Assembly: GCA_963788655.1 (NCBI GenBank)
Contig: CAWBHS010000007.1
Coordinates: 32,001 to 96,000 of the forward strand
Length of the DNA: 64,000 bases
Direction of reading: 5' to 3'
DNA from: an uncultured Verrucomicrobiae bacterium
GTDB taxonomy: Bacteria; Verrucomicrobiota; Verrucomicrobiia; Limisphaerales; JAFGQR01
Below are positions 40,530-50,461 of this stretch, in pieces. A program made the translations under genes and the position numbers. Position 1 is the first letter of the stretch. Each line of letters begins with the position of its first letter. The notes under the pieces are model-generated. The model was not told where the DNA came from and did no database searches. It saw nothing but the letters and a program-made list of their open reading frames with translations.

Positions 40530-40598
40530 GGAGCGCCGCCATTCTTGTCGGCTCGAACGTTGGTGTGAGCCTCGGGCCGACAGGAATGTCAGTGCTCC
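40530..40598. repeat. GGAG-type REP doublet
   Basis: GGAGCGCCGCCATTCTTGTCGGC ... GCCGACAGGAATGTCAGTGCTCC. Confidence 0.75.
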
Positions 40599-40760
40599 TC
40601 GAAGCGTGGCTTTCCACGCTTCACCACTTTAACGCTTCAATCCTTCAACCTTCTTCCGCGCACCAACAAATTAATCCGCTTTTCCCTTTCCTCTTTTCGA
40701 CCGCGTCTCCATGCTCGCGCCCTGTTTGAAAAATCGTCCGAGCAGGGACGCGTCCGGTTC

Positions 40761-40813
40761 GGAGTCCCGCCTTCAGGCGGTTCAAACGCTGTGCCGCCTA
40801 AAGGCGGGACTCC
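40761..40813. repeat. GGAG-type REP doublet
   Basis: GGAGTCCCGCCTTCAGGCGG ... CCGCCTAAAGGCGGGACTCC. Confidence 0.85.
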
Positions 40814-40863
40814 AAACGGCAATTGTTGAACCGAACTTAACAACACAAACCTGTTTACAAACT

Positions 40864-42073
40864 ATGACACTGCCAACGGTATTAATTCGGCCCGGTGAAG
40901 CCGACCGGGTGCTCGCGGGACATCCATGGATTTATCACGGCTCCGTTTTGCGTCTGACCGCCCCGGCGGCGGACGGCGATGTGGTACAAGTCAAAGATCA
41001 TCGCCAGCGTTTCCTGGGCCTCGGATACTACAATTCCAAATCTAAAATCAATGTCCGCCTGATTTCGCCCGAACGGGTGGACGTGGATGCCGACTTCTTC
41101 GAACAACGCATTCGGGCGGCGTTGGCGGTTCGCCGGCGGCACCTGCCCGGAGCCACTTCATTCCGCGCGGCCAATGCGGAAGGGGACTTTCTCAGCGGCT
41201 TGGTCGTGGACAAGTATGAGGACGCCCTGGTGCTGCAAACTTCCGCGTTGGGCATGGACCAGCGCAAGAGCTTGATCGTGGCGGCCCTCCAACGGATTTT
41301 CTCAGCGCGGCTGATCGTCGAACGCAATGAACTGGCGGCGCGTAAGTTTGAGGGATTGCCCGATACCAACGGCCTTCTGGCGGGCGAAGGCGACGCGCGC
41401 GTGACGGTAAACCTCAACGGGCTGACGTTTACCACCGATTTGCTGACCGGCCAAAAAACCGGTTTATATCTCGACCAACAAGTGAACTACGCGCGCGTGG
41501 CCGACTTTGTTCCTCTGCTGCCCGGCGCCCAAGTGCTGGACTGCTTCAGTTTCTTGGGCGGCTTTGCCATTCACGCCGCCCACGCCGGCGCCGCGCATGT
41601 CCATGGGATCGATCAAAGCGCGGACGCCGTGACCGCAGCCAACGCCAACGCCGCGGCCAATGGCTTGGCGGAGCGCTGTTCCTTCGAAGCGGCCAACGTG
41701 TTCGATTGGCTGAAAGCAAAAACCGCATCCCGGCCGAACGAAAAGGTGATTCCACAGTTTGATCTGATCATTCTCGATCCACCGTCCTTCACGCGGAACC
41801 GCGCGTCAGTGCCGGATGCATTGCGCGGCTACAAGGAAATCCATCTGCGGGCGCTGAAGCTGCTCAAACCCGGCGGCATCCTGGCCACGTTCTGCTGCTC
41901 GCATCACGTGGATGCGGAGACTTTTCAGGATGCCATCCTGGCGGCGGCGTTTGACGCCCATCGCGTGCTCCGCCGAATCGCCACGTTCAGCCAATCGCCG
42001 GATCATCCCATTCTCCCGTCCATCCGGGAAACGGAGGTACTTGAAGGGCTTTGCTTTTGAGGTAGTCCGCTAA
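40864..42073 (+). CDS. rlmI: RlmI-like class I SAM-dependent rRNA methyltransferase; +1 frameshift near 42037
   Basis: PUA-like GHPWIY, EGDFLSGLVVDKY, GQKTGLYLDQ, VLDCFSFLGGF, IILDPPSF, DHP; corrected end ETEYLKGFAFEVVR*. Confidence 0.85.
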
Positions 42074-42370
42074 GGGTCTGTCTGCGAAGTCGCCCGAACG
42101 GACACACCTTGATACAGTTATCATTACCGCCCGCCGACGTTGCTTGACGCCGATGGCGGGGCGATGGGAAAAGCTTGTCGGGCGGCCTCCATGAACGCAG
42201 CAAGGCTCCGCTGGCCTCGCTACCATGAATAGAACATGAGCACAATACGACGTTGCCACTTGTCCTCGCCTGCTTGGTGGGGCGAGCAGTGTCTGGGTGA
42301 TGGGTTTGATCCGGACCGAAAAGGAGCCGCGGAGGCGGCCTTCCAGCAACCAACACACGGGAGTAACTTT

Positions 42371-43585
42371 ATGAAATCAATAATGCGGTTGTTCTCACCC
42401 ACGTTCTTGTTGGCCATGTTGCTCGGGCTCGCGTCCGGCATCACGGCCCGGGCAGCCACCCCGGTTCCCGTCGCCGCGAGTGCCCAAGCCTCCTACTTTC
42501 CTCCGCCCGAATCGCAGGGCGGTTGGCGAAAACTGGGTAGTGCGTCGGACCTTCGTCGGGTCGGAGGCATGGACCCGCAGAAGCTCGACCAACTGCGGGA
42601 GTGGTTACTGCAATCCGACCGACGCACCTTTGCCGCCACCGTCATCCGGCACGGATGGATCGTGCTCGAGGTCGAACGCGGTAACAGCGCCAAGACCGAC
42701 GCCCGTCGCGTGGCTTCGTGCTCGAAGGCCGTGTGCGCGACGGTCCTGGCGATTGCGGCGGAGCGCAGTCAGCACGGTTTAACACCGCGCAAAATGTCGT
42801 TCGACGATCCGGCGTTTCAATTCATTCCCTGGGCGCAGCCGTTGAGCGATCCCCGCATGGCGAAGATCACCGTCAAGCAACTACTCAATCACACCTCCGG
42901 GATTTGTCCCGAAGCGACCGGGGCGCCCAACGACGGGTCATGGGAATATATTCTGGGCCACACGGGCGATCCGCGCACCGCCCGGCTGGCCTTCGATCCG
43001 GGAACCGGGTGCGGTTATTCGACGCACGCGCTGGCCCATGCGGCGCTGGTGTGCGAAAACGTAACGGGCAAGCCCTACGACAAGTTCGCCATCGAATATC
43101 TCTTCAAACCGCTCGGCATCGAGCATTGGTGGTTTCAATATTACAACGGCGGCCCGAAGATTGGGCGCCATCCCTCGCACGGGCTGGGCATGCCGGCGCG
43201 TGATTTGGCGCGGATTGCTTACTGTATGCTACGCGAGGGCCGGTGGCAGGAACGGCAGGTGATCCCGAGATGGTTTGTCGATGAAACCGCCGCGCCCACG
43301 CAGAACGTAAAGACGCCGGAGATGCGGTGGAAGCTGAACCCGCAAATTTTCTCGCACGGCTGGGAACTACCCGCCCGACTGACCGGCGAGGATGGCCGCA
43401 GCGGGAAGGGGATTCCGGCGGATGCGCGTTCCAAGCCCGGGTCGGGCGGTCAACTGATTGCCTTTGTGCCGAGCCTCGATCTGGTGATCACGCGCCAGAC
43501 CGGCAGCAGCGGGGATTGGCAGTTCGAGGAATACTTGCGCCGGGCCTGCGCCGCCGTCATCGGGGCTTCTCCAAAAACGGAATAA
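42371..43585 (+). CDS. Secreted serine hydrolase, beta-lactamase/AmpC-like family
   Basis: ASCSK (SxxK), ITVKQLLNHTSG, PG..GYS, LFKPLGI, ARDLARI, VPSLDLVI. Confidence 0.85.
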   Translation: MKSIMRLFSPTFLLAMLLGLASGITARAATPVPVAASAQASYFPPPESQGGWRKLGSASDLRRVGGMDPQKLDQLREWLLQSDRRTFAATVIRHGWIVLEVERGNSAKTDARRVASCSKAVCATVLAIAAERSQHGLTPRKMSFDDPAFQFIPWAQPLSDPRMAKITVKQLLNHTSGICPEATGAPNDGSWEYILGHTGDPRTARLAFDPGTGCGYSTHALAHAALVCENVTGKPYDKFAIEYLFKPLGIEHWWFQYYNGGPKIGRHPSHGLGMPARDLARIAYCMLREGRWQERQVIPRWFVDETAAPTQNVKTPEMRWKLNPQIFSHGWELPARLTGEDGRSGKGIPADARSKPGSGGQLIAFVPSLDLVITRQTGSSGDWQFEEYLRRACAAVIGASPKTE

Positions 43586-43725
43586 CGCGTCTGGGTTCCC
43601 CTTGTTCAATTGGAGCGTTGCCGTTAATCTCACCGAACCAACGTGCTGACCGGCGAATGCAGGTAATGTCCGCGTGGTAAAAATCGAATTGTGCGCATAG
43701 AAAATCCATTCAACTTCCCCTGGCC

Positions 43726-45003
43726 ATGAACGAACCAAACAAACCTACTTCGGCGACCGAGCCTTCCCTTCAGTCCAAGCATCGATTTCCCTTAGGCGAC
43801 CGCCGGCATTTCCTTAAAACCGGGGCAATGGCCGTCGCGGCCACGGCCCTCGCCACCCCGCGCATGGTGGCCGCCGACACGGCGCCAAAAAAGGTGCGGA
43901 TCGGCGTGGTGGGCGGCGGCTTTGGCACCGACTTCCAGTGGCACGAACATCCGGATTGCGTCGTCGAAGCCGTGAGCGACCTGCGTCCGGAACGCCGTGA
44001 GGGGCTGATGCGCGTTTACCGGTGCAACAAGTCGTACCCGTCGCTGGAAGAGTTGGTCAAGGATCCGCGAATTGATGCGGTGGCCATTTTCACCGACGGC
44101 CCGTTGCACGTGCAGCATGTGGTCGAGTGCATGAAACACGGGAAGCACTGCATCTCGGCCGTGCCCGCCGCCTGGGCCACGCTCGAACAGGCGGAACGGC
44201 TGTTGAACACCGTCAAGCAATACGGGTTGACCTACATGATGGCCGAAACCGGCCACTACCAACAGTCCACCATTTCGGCCCGGAAATTCTATCAGGCCGG
44301 CCAGTTTGGCAGTCTCTATTACTGCGAGGCGGAGTATCATCACAACGGCCTTGAGGTGTTGTATGTCATCGACGGTAAGCGCACCTGGCGTTACGGCATG
44401 GCGCCCATGCACTATCCCACGCACAGCACCTCGCAGCTCATTAGCGTGACCGGCGAGCGGTTGACCCAGGTTCTTTGTCACGGCTGGGGGGACGACAGTC
44501 CGTATCTCAAGGACAATCCGTACGGCAATCCCTTCTGGAATGAATCCGCCATGTTCAGCACTGATCGCGGGCACGCCTTTCGCGTCAACGTCTGGTGGAA
44601 AGGCGCGCATCGCGGTTGCGAACGGGCGCAGTGGATCGGCAATAAAATGAGTTTCTACAGCAGCCATCCCAACGGCCTGGGCCCGATCATCATCCGGGAT
44701 GGGGAACAAATGGAAAAGGACGACGCCGGGCATTTGCGCAAGGCCGCCAATTTTGAGAAATACCAACAGGTGGAATGGTGGAAGACGGATTTGCTGCCCG
44801 AACCGTTGCGCCACAACACCGGCCATGAAGGTTCGCATGTGTTTCTTACGCACGAATTCATTGACTCGCTTATCCACGGGCGACGTCCATCGGTGGATGT
44901 TTACGAAGCCCTGGCGTACACCGTGCCAGGCATTGTGGCGCATCAATCGGCACTCAAAGGCGGTGAACCGATGAAGATTCCGCAATATAAAGAAACGGCG
45001 TGA
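43726..45003 (+). CDS. Gfo/Idh/MocA-family oxidoreductase with Tat signal
   Basis: DRRHFLK, VRIGVVGGGFG, GKHCISAVP, YMMAET, MHYPTH, GHEGSH. Confidence 0.9.
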   Translation: MNEPNKPTSATEPSLQSKHRFPLGDRRHFLKTGAMAVAATALATPRMVAADTAPKKVRIGVVGGGFGTDFQWHEHPDCVVEAVSDLRPERREGLMRVYRCNKSYPSLEELVKDPRIDAVAIFTDGPLHVQHVVECMKHGKHCISAVPAAWATLEQAERLLNTVKQYGLTYMMAETGHYQQSTISARKFYQAGQFGSLYYCEAEYHHNGLEVLYVIDGKRTWRYGMAPMHYPTHSTSQLISVTGERLTQVLCHGWGDDSPYLKDNPYGNPFWNESAMFSTDRGHAFRVNVWWKGAHRGCERAQWIGNKMSFYSSHPNGLGPIIIRDGEQMEKDDAGHLRKAANFEKYQQVEWWKTDLLPEPLRHNTGHEGSHVFLTHEFIDSLIHGRRPSVDVYEALAYTVPGIVAHQSALKGGEPMKIPQYKETA

Positions 45004-45171
45004 GGCGGTGGCCGGTTCGGCGCGCCACGTTACCTGGCCGAGGTTCGGCGATTCGCCCCGGAGAGTTTGACTTCTCGCCGTCTCACCGCACATTACTGTC
45101 GGGTTCTGGGGGCGGTTAGAAAAGGGCGGTTGGTTCGATGGGCGCAGTCAATGCTGGGTTCGTTGGTGATC

Positions 45172-47740
45172 ATGAAAACCAAAGCCAAATCAATCAAGTC
45201 GCGCCGGCGCGGCAACCGGCAGCGCGCCAATTCCCCCGTCCGGTCAACCGCGGCCCGCGGCTCCCGGCTTCCGACGGACTCGACGCGGCAAGTGCGGGGG
45301 TTGCAGAAACGCCTAACGAAGTTGGAGCAGCAGCACGAAGAACTCCAGCAAGCGCACGCGGAAACCAACGCCCAGCTAACCCGCTATCTGCACTTGTTCG
45401 ACCTGGCGCCGGTCGGTTGTTTCATGTTCAACGAACACGGCAAAATATGTGACGTTAATCCGACGGCGGTGGAACTGCTGGGCCGGGAGCGCGCCCGTAT
45501 CTTGGGGCGACGTTTCCAGAGCTTCCTGACCCCGCAAACCAGACCCGAGTTCAACGAATTTCTGCGGTGCATTTTTACCGAACGCACCAAACAGGTATGC
45601 GAAGCCCGGTTGAAAACGAAACCGCCGCATGCGGTACACCTGCACCTCGAGGGCACGGTCATTGCCCGGAAAGGGCCGAAGCACGCCTCCTTCTGTCATG
45701 CGGTGGCGGTGGATGTTTCCCACTATAAACAAGCCGAGCAGGCGCTGCTCCAGTCCGAACAACGCTTTCGGGAGATGCTCGAGACGCTCGAACTGGTGGC
45801 GGTGATCCTGGATCGGCAGGGGAGGGTTGTCTTTGCCAACGCTCATCTGCTGGCGCAAACCGGCCGGCGGAAGGAAGAGGTGATTGGCGGGAATTGGTTC
45901 GAACAATTCGTTCCGGCCGAACCGGCGGTCCGGCGGATGTTTGAACGGGCCGTGCGCACCGGACGCTTTCCGCGCCGCTACGAGAACGACATCCGGCTGC
46001 ACAACGGCGAACGGCGGTTGATTTCCTGGAGCAATACCGTCCTGCGCGATGCGCGCGGTCAGATTACCGGCAGCGCCAGCATTGGCGAGGACATCACCGA
46101 GCGCCGGCGCGCCGCCCAAGCGCTCCAGGAAAGTGAAGCGCGGTATCGTCGGCTCTTCGAAAACTCTCCGGTGTCGCTGTGGGAAGAGGATTTGTCCGCG
46201 GTGAAGGCACGGTTGAGCGCCTTGCAGGCCACGGTCGGCGACGACTTGGCCAGCCTACCTCGAGGCGCACCCGGAAGTCGTCGCGGACTGCGTCGCCCAA
46301 GCGCGCGTCATCGAGGTGAATCGCAAGACCCTGGAAATGTATGAAGCCCGGAGCAAGGCCGATTTTATAGATGGCCTCGCGGTGGTTTCCACGGCGGAAA
46401 CCTATGCCGCGCATCGGGCGTCGTTGCTGACCATGGCGGCCGGGAAAACCACGTTCGACGTGGAAACCTCCAACCGGACGCTGGCCGGCAATTCCATCGA
46501 CATTGCGTTGAATTGGTCGGTGGCGCCCGGTTTCGAAGCCACCTACGGCAAAGTCTTGGTATCCATCGCGGACGTTACCAAGCGCAACCAGGCGGAAGCG
46601 GCGGCGCGCGTGGCCGCGAACCTGTTGGCCAAAACGTTCGCCAGTCTGGAAGAGGCCGTGTTCGTAATCGATGATCCCACGCGCCGGGTTATTTCTTGCA
46701 ATCCGGCCGTGCAACGGGTTTTCGGCTATGCGCCGGCGGAGATTGTTGGGCGCAACACAGAGTTCCTGTACGCCAATCGCGCCAGCTACCAAACGTTCGG
46801 CCAGCGAGCCGTTGCCGCCATGGACCAAGCGGGCGTTTTTCGAGGCGAGTTTGAGATGAAGCGCCAGGATGGAAGCCGCTTTCCCAGTGAACACACCATT
46901 ACCGAGATCAAGGACGAATCGGGACATCGGACCCAGGTGGTGAGCGTGGTGCGCGACATCAGCCGGCGTAAACAGGCCGAAGAACAGCTCCGGTCGTACG
47001 CCACCAAACTGCAGAGCCTGTCCCGCCGGTTGGTGGAAGTTCAGGAAAGCGAGCGCCGCCATATCGCCCGCGAACTGCACGATGAAATTGGCCAGTCGCT
47101 CACGGCCGCGCAAATGCACTTGCAGGCGGTGTTGCGCCAGCCGGGCGCGGAGGCGCTGGGTCCGCGGTTGCAGGAGGGACTCGAGGCGGTCGAGCGCGTG
47201 CTCGAACAAGTCCACGATCTGTCCCTCAACCTGCGCCCGTCGATGCTCGATGATCTGGGCTTGGAACCCGCGCTGCGTTGGTACACCACCCGCCAGGCCG
47301 CGCTGGCCGGCTTGCGCGCCGAATTGCAATTGGAGCCCTTGGCTGACCGGTTGGATTGGGTGGTTGCCACGGCCTGTTTCCGCGTGGCGCAGGAGGCGCT
47401 GACGAATGTGGTGCGTCATGCTCAAGCCCGGACCGTGGTGGTGGCGTTGCACCGAGAACCGGATTCGCTGCACTTGCAGGTGCGGGACGACGGCGTTGGG
47501 TTTGCCGTAACGGACATGCGGGCGCAGGCCGTGCGCGGCGCCAGCCTGGGCTTGCTCAGCATGGAGGAACGGGCGTCGCTCGCCGGCGGGCGATTGGAAT
47601 TCAAGTCCGCGCCCGGTGAGGGAACCGAAATCCATGCGTGGTTCCCATTGAAGGGAACTCCACCGAACCACGTGTCGGGCCCGGGACCGCACCGTAATTC
47701 CCATTCTTCTCAACCGGGCGAGAATCGGCGCGCAGGATGA
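45172..47740 (+). CDS. Multi-PAS sensor histidine kinase (HisKA_3, NarX/UhpB type); +1 frameshift near 46255
   Basis: Repeated PAS modules ending DVS/DITERR/DVT/DISRRK; ERRHIARELHDEIGQ, QEALTNVVRHA, DDGVGF, LGLLSMEERA. The junction corrects to DLAS-YLEAHPEVV. Confidence 0.9.
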
Positions 47741-47762
47741 CGATGTTAACCGATTTGTAGTC

Positions 47763-48434
47763 ATGCCGAAGAGCAATCCACCCGCAACTGTGCGCGTCTT
47801 GTTGGCCGACGACCACACGCTGGTCCGCGCCGGCATCCGCTCGCTGCTCGGGGACATCCCGGGCGTGGAAGTGGTGGCGGAAGCCGGCAATGGCAGCGAA
47901 GCGTTGGAATTGGCTCGGCAGCACTTGCCGGACATTGTGCTCATGGATATTGGGATGCCGCGACTTAACGGACTGGAAGCTACCGCTCGACTGCACCGGG
48001 AAGTTCCCCAAGTGCGGGTGATCATTCTCTCGATGCACCAAAACGAGGAGTATGTTTGGCGGGCACTGAAGGCCGGGGCGTCCGGCTATTTGCTCAAGAA
48101 AGCCGCCACTGCCGAATTGGCGGCGGCGCTCCAAACGGTGATGCGCGACGAAGTGTATTTGAGCCCCGGCATTCCGGTTCGCCTTCGCGAAGTGCCGCCG
48201 CCGGAGTTGCTCGCCCAAACCAACTCGCTGGAACGATTGACGCCCCGCCAACGCGAAATCCTCCAACTGATTGCCGAGGGGAAAAACACCAAAGAGATTG
48301 CGTTCATTTTGGAGATCAGCACGAAGACCGTCGAATACCACCGCGTGCAATTGATGGATCGGTTGAAGATCCACGATATTCCCGGCCTGGTGCGCTACGC
48401 GCTGCGGCGCGGGATGATTGTGCCCGAATCGTGA
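47763..48434 (+). CDS. NarL/LuxR-family response regulator
   Basis: LLADDH, LMDIGMP, GYLLK, LTPRQREILQLIAEG...ISTKTVEYHR. Confidence 0.95.
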   Translation: MPKSNPPATVRVLLADDHTLVRAGIRSLLGDIPGVEVVAEAGNGSEALELARQHLPDIVLMDIGMPRLNGLEATARLHREVPQVRVIILSMHQNEEYVWRALKAGASGYLLKKAATAELAAALQTVMRDEVYLSPGIPVRLREVPPPELLAQTNSLERLTPRQREILQLIAEGKNTKEIAFILEISTKTVEYHRVQLMDRLKIHDIPGLVRYALRRGMIVPES

Positions 48435-48490
48435 CCCGCGACCGGGACGGCCGGTGGTCAGGCGTGAACGGATCTGCAACCGCCTTCGGA

Positions 48491-48629
48491 AATGACCAAG
48501 GACCAATAACCAATGACCAGAGAAGGTCCAAGGCCCAAGGCCCAATGAACCGGTGGACGCCGCTCGATCATAGGTTGGAGTTTAGGATTTGGTCCTTCTT
48601 TGGTTCTTGGTCATTGAGCATTGGTCATT
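48491..48629. repeat. Inverted heptamer array (AATGACC / GGTCATT)
   Basis: AATGACC AAGGACC AATAACC AATGACC ... TTGGTTCTTGGTCATTGAGCATTGGTCATT. Confidence 0.85.
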
Positions 48630-48683
48630 ATCCCGGGGCTTGGCAAAGGCGATCGCTCAGTTCATCTTCGTGCGGATGGCACC

Positions 48684-50315
48684 ATGACCTTTCTCCCGAT
48701 AGTCGATCGCGAACTGCGCGTGCAAGCCCGGCAGGCCACCCTGCACTGGCTGCGGGCGGCACTGGCGTTGATGGTCGGCTTGTTGTGCCTGCAGGCGGTT
48801 TCATATTCTCGGGCGGGGATCAGTCCAGCGCAGGGCGGGCGTGATGCATTTCAAGGCCTGGCTTGGTTGGTGGAATTGCTGGCGCTGAGCTCGGCATTGT
48901 TGACCGCCGATTGCATGACCAGCGAAAGGCGCGAAGGCACCCTGGGATTGCTGTTGCTCACGAACCTTCGCGGTTACGACGTGGTCTTGGGCAAATTGTT
49001 CGCCGTGGGACTGGCGGCGTTTTACGGTCTTTTGGGATTAGTCCCAGTCTTCGCCATTCCCCTGCTGGCCGGTGGGGTTACGGGCGGGGAAGTGGGCCGG
49101 TATTCGCTGGCAGTGCTGGCGACGCTTTTCTTTGCCCTGGCCACGGGCGTGTGGGCTTCGTGCTGGCAACGCACCCGGGCGGGAGCGATCCGAGTGGCGT
49201 TGGCGGTGGTGTGGGGTGCGGCTCTGGGAGCGCCGGTGCTAGGGTGGCTGTTGGTAAATCATACGTATCTGCGTTGGCTGAGCCCATTGAGCATGTTCCA
49301 AGCCGCCGAGGCCACTCGGTTCGCAACCGGCTCACACCATTTCTGGCTGGGACTCGCGGCGGTATTGGGGACCAGTGGTTTCCTCTTGCGGACCGCGGCG
49401 CGGATCATTGGTCGCCAATGGCGCACACACGAAACCGAGCCTGAACCGCTGGCCAATCCGCCCCCGAATGTCGGCTACAGCCTCGCCTTGTGGCGGCGTT
49501 CACGACAAAGGATGGAGGTTGATCCGGTACGCTGGCTCATGAGCCAATTGCCAGGACAGCAACCGCTGATCTGGGTGGCGGTTGCCTTGTTGTTGGCGCC
49601 CTGGTTGTTCAACTTAATTTTGCGCCGGCCCGTCGGTCCCGGGTGGGTCATCTCCTTTTCCTGGCCGATCAACATCGTAACGTCCTTTGGGTCCGCGGCG
49701 CTGTTTGCCTGGCTGGCCGCGCGGTTCTTCTTCGAACTCCGGCGCACGGGCGAATTGGAATTGCTGATGTCCACCCCGACGGGTGCCCGTTACCTGGTAA
49801 CCTCGCAATGGCGAACCTGGATCGACTGGTTGCGCGGGCCGATGGTGGTGTTGGTTCTACTGCAATTGATCGGTTATGGAGGCATGTTCGGTGGCTTACG
49901 GCGCCTGCCCACGCCCATGTTCATCGTTCAAGTTTTGAACCTGCTGGCACGACCGGTCAATACCATCCTGTCTGTGCTTGCTTTGTGCGCGGTGGGAATG
50001 TGGTTTGGGCTGAATACGCGCAAACACGGGAGCGCCGTGGCTTGGACGGTGGGCTTGGTCAGTGGGATTCCCTGGCTGACTTCGCTCTGCTTACCGCTCG
50101 CAATCTACTGGGTGCTCGGCGTCAAGTCATATTCATTTTCCGGCAGCTCCCCGCCATTTTCCTATCTCGCCGCCAGATTTTTGCCGACGTTGCTGGTCAC
50201 GGGAATCTATGTGTTTTTCATCGTCTGGACGCGCCGCAAACTGCATCACGATCTCCGGCGTATTCTCGTGGAACCGTCGCCCGTGCGGGCCTTGTTCAGC
50301 GGGCGCGGCAGTTAG
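48684..50315 (+). CDS. ABC-2-type permease-like membrane protein
   Basis: MTFLPIVDRELR, SERREGTLGLLLLT...VVLGKL, and a second ELRRTGELELLMSTP motif; many TM helices. Confidence 0.75.
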   Translation: MTFLPIVDRELRVQARQATLHWLRAALALMVGLLCLQAVSYSRAGISPAQGGRDAFQGLAWLVELLALSSALLTADCMTSERREGTLGLLLLTNLRGYDVVLGKLFAVGLAAFYGLLGLVPVFAIPLLAGGVTGGEVGRYSLAVLATLFFALATGVWASCWQRTRAGAIRVALAVVWGAALGAPVLGWLLVNHTYLRWLSPLSMFQAAEATRFATGSHHFWLGLAAVLGTSGFLLRTAARIIGRQWRTHETEPEPLANPPPNVGYSLALWRRSRQRMEVDPVRWLMSQLPGQQPLIWVAVALLLAPWLFNLILRRPVGPGWVISFSWPINIVTSFGSAALFAWLAARFFFELRRTGELELLMSTPTGARYLVTSQWRTWIDWLRGPMVVLVLLQLIGYGGMFGGLRRLPTPMFIVQVLNLLARPVNTILSVLALCAVGMWFGLNTRKHGSAVAWTVGLVSGIPWLTSLCLPLAIYWVLGVKSYSFSGSSPPFSYLAARFLPTLLVTGIYVFFIVWTRRKLHHDLRRILVEPSPVRALFSGRGS

Positions 50316-50461
50316 CACTACAGCGACAGTTCCGGCGAATCGCGGCAGGAGCGCGGCGTTTACGCCGCTTCACCGTCCTATCCCGCAAGCCGCTGGTTGG
50401 CCTTGGGTGCTTGAAGCGGCCTAAAGGCCGCGCGCCTATCGGTGGAAGTGTCGCTGTAGTG
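50316..50461. mobile_element. MITE, copy 2 (146 bp) with 13-bp TIRs and a TTAG target-site duplication
   Basis: TTAG|CACTACAGCGACA ... TGTCGCTGTAGTG|TTAG; internal REP-like pair GGAGCGCGGCGTTTACGCCGCTTC / GAAGCGGCCTAAAGGCCGCGCGCC. Confidence 0.85.

Noticed and set aside
42371..43585. Antibiotic-resistance beta-lactamase
   Set aside because: The SxxK fold is shared by many esterases and peptidases, the YxN motif is altered (YST), and nothing supports a resistance role.
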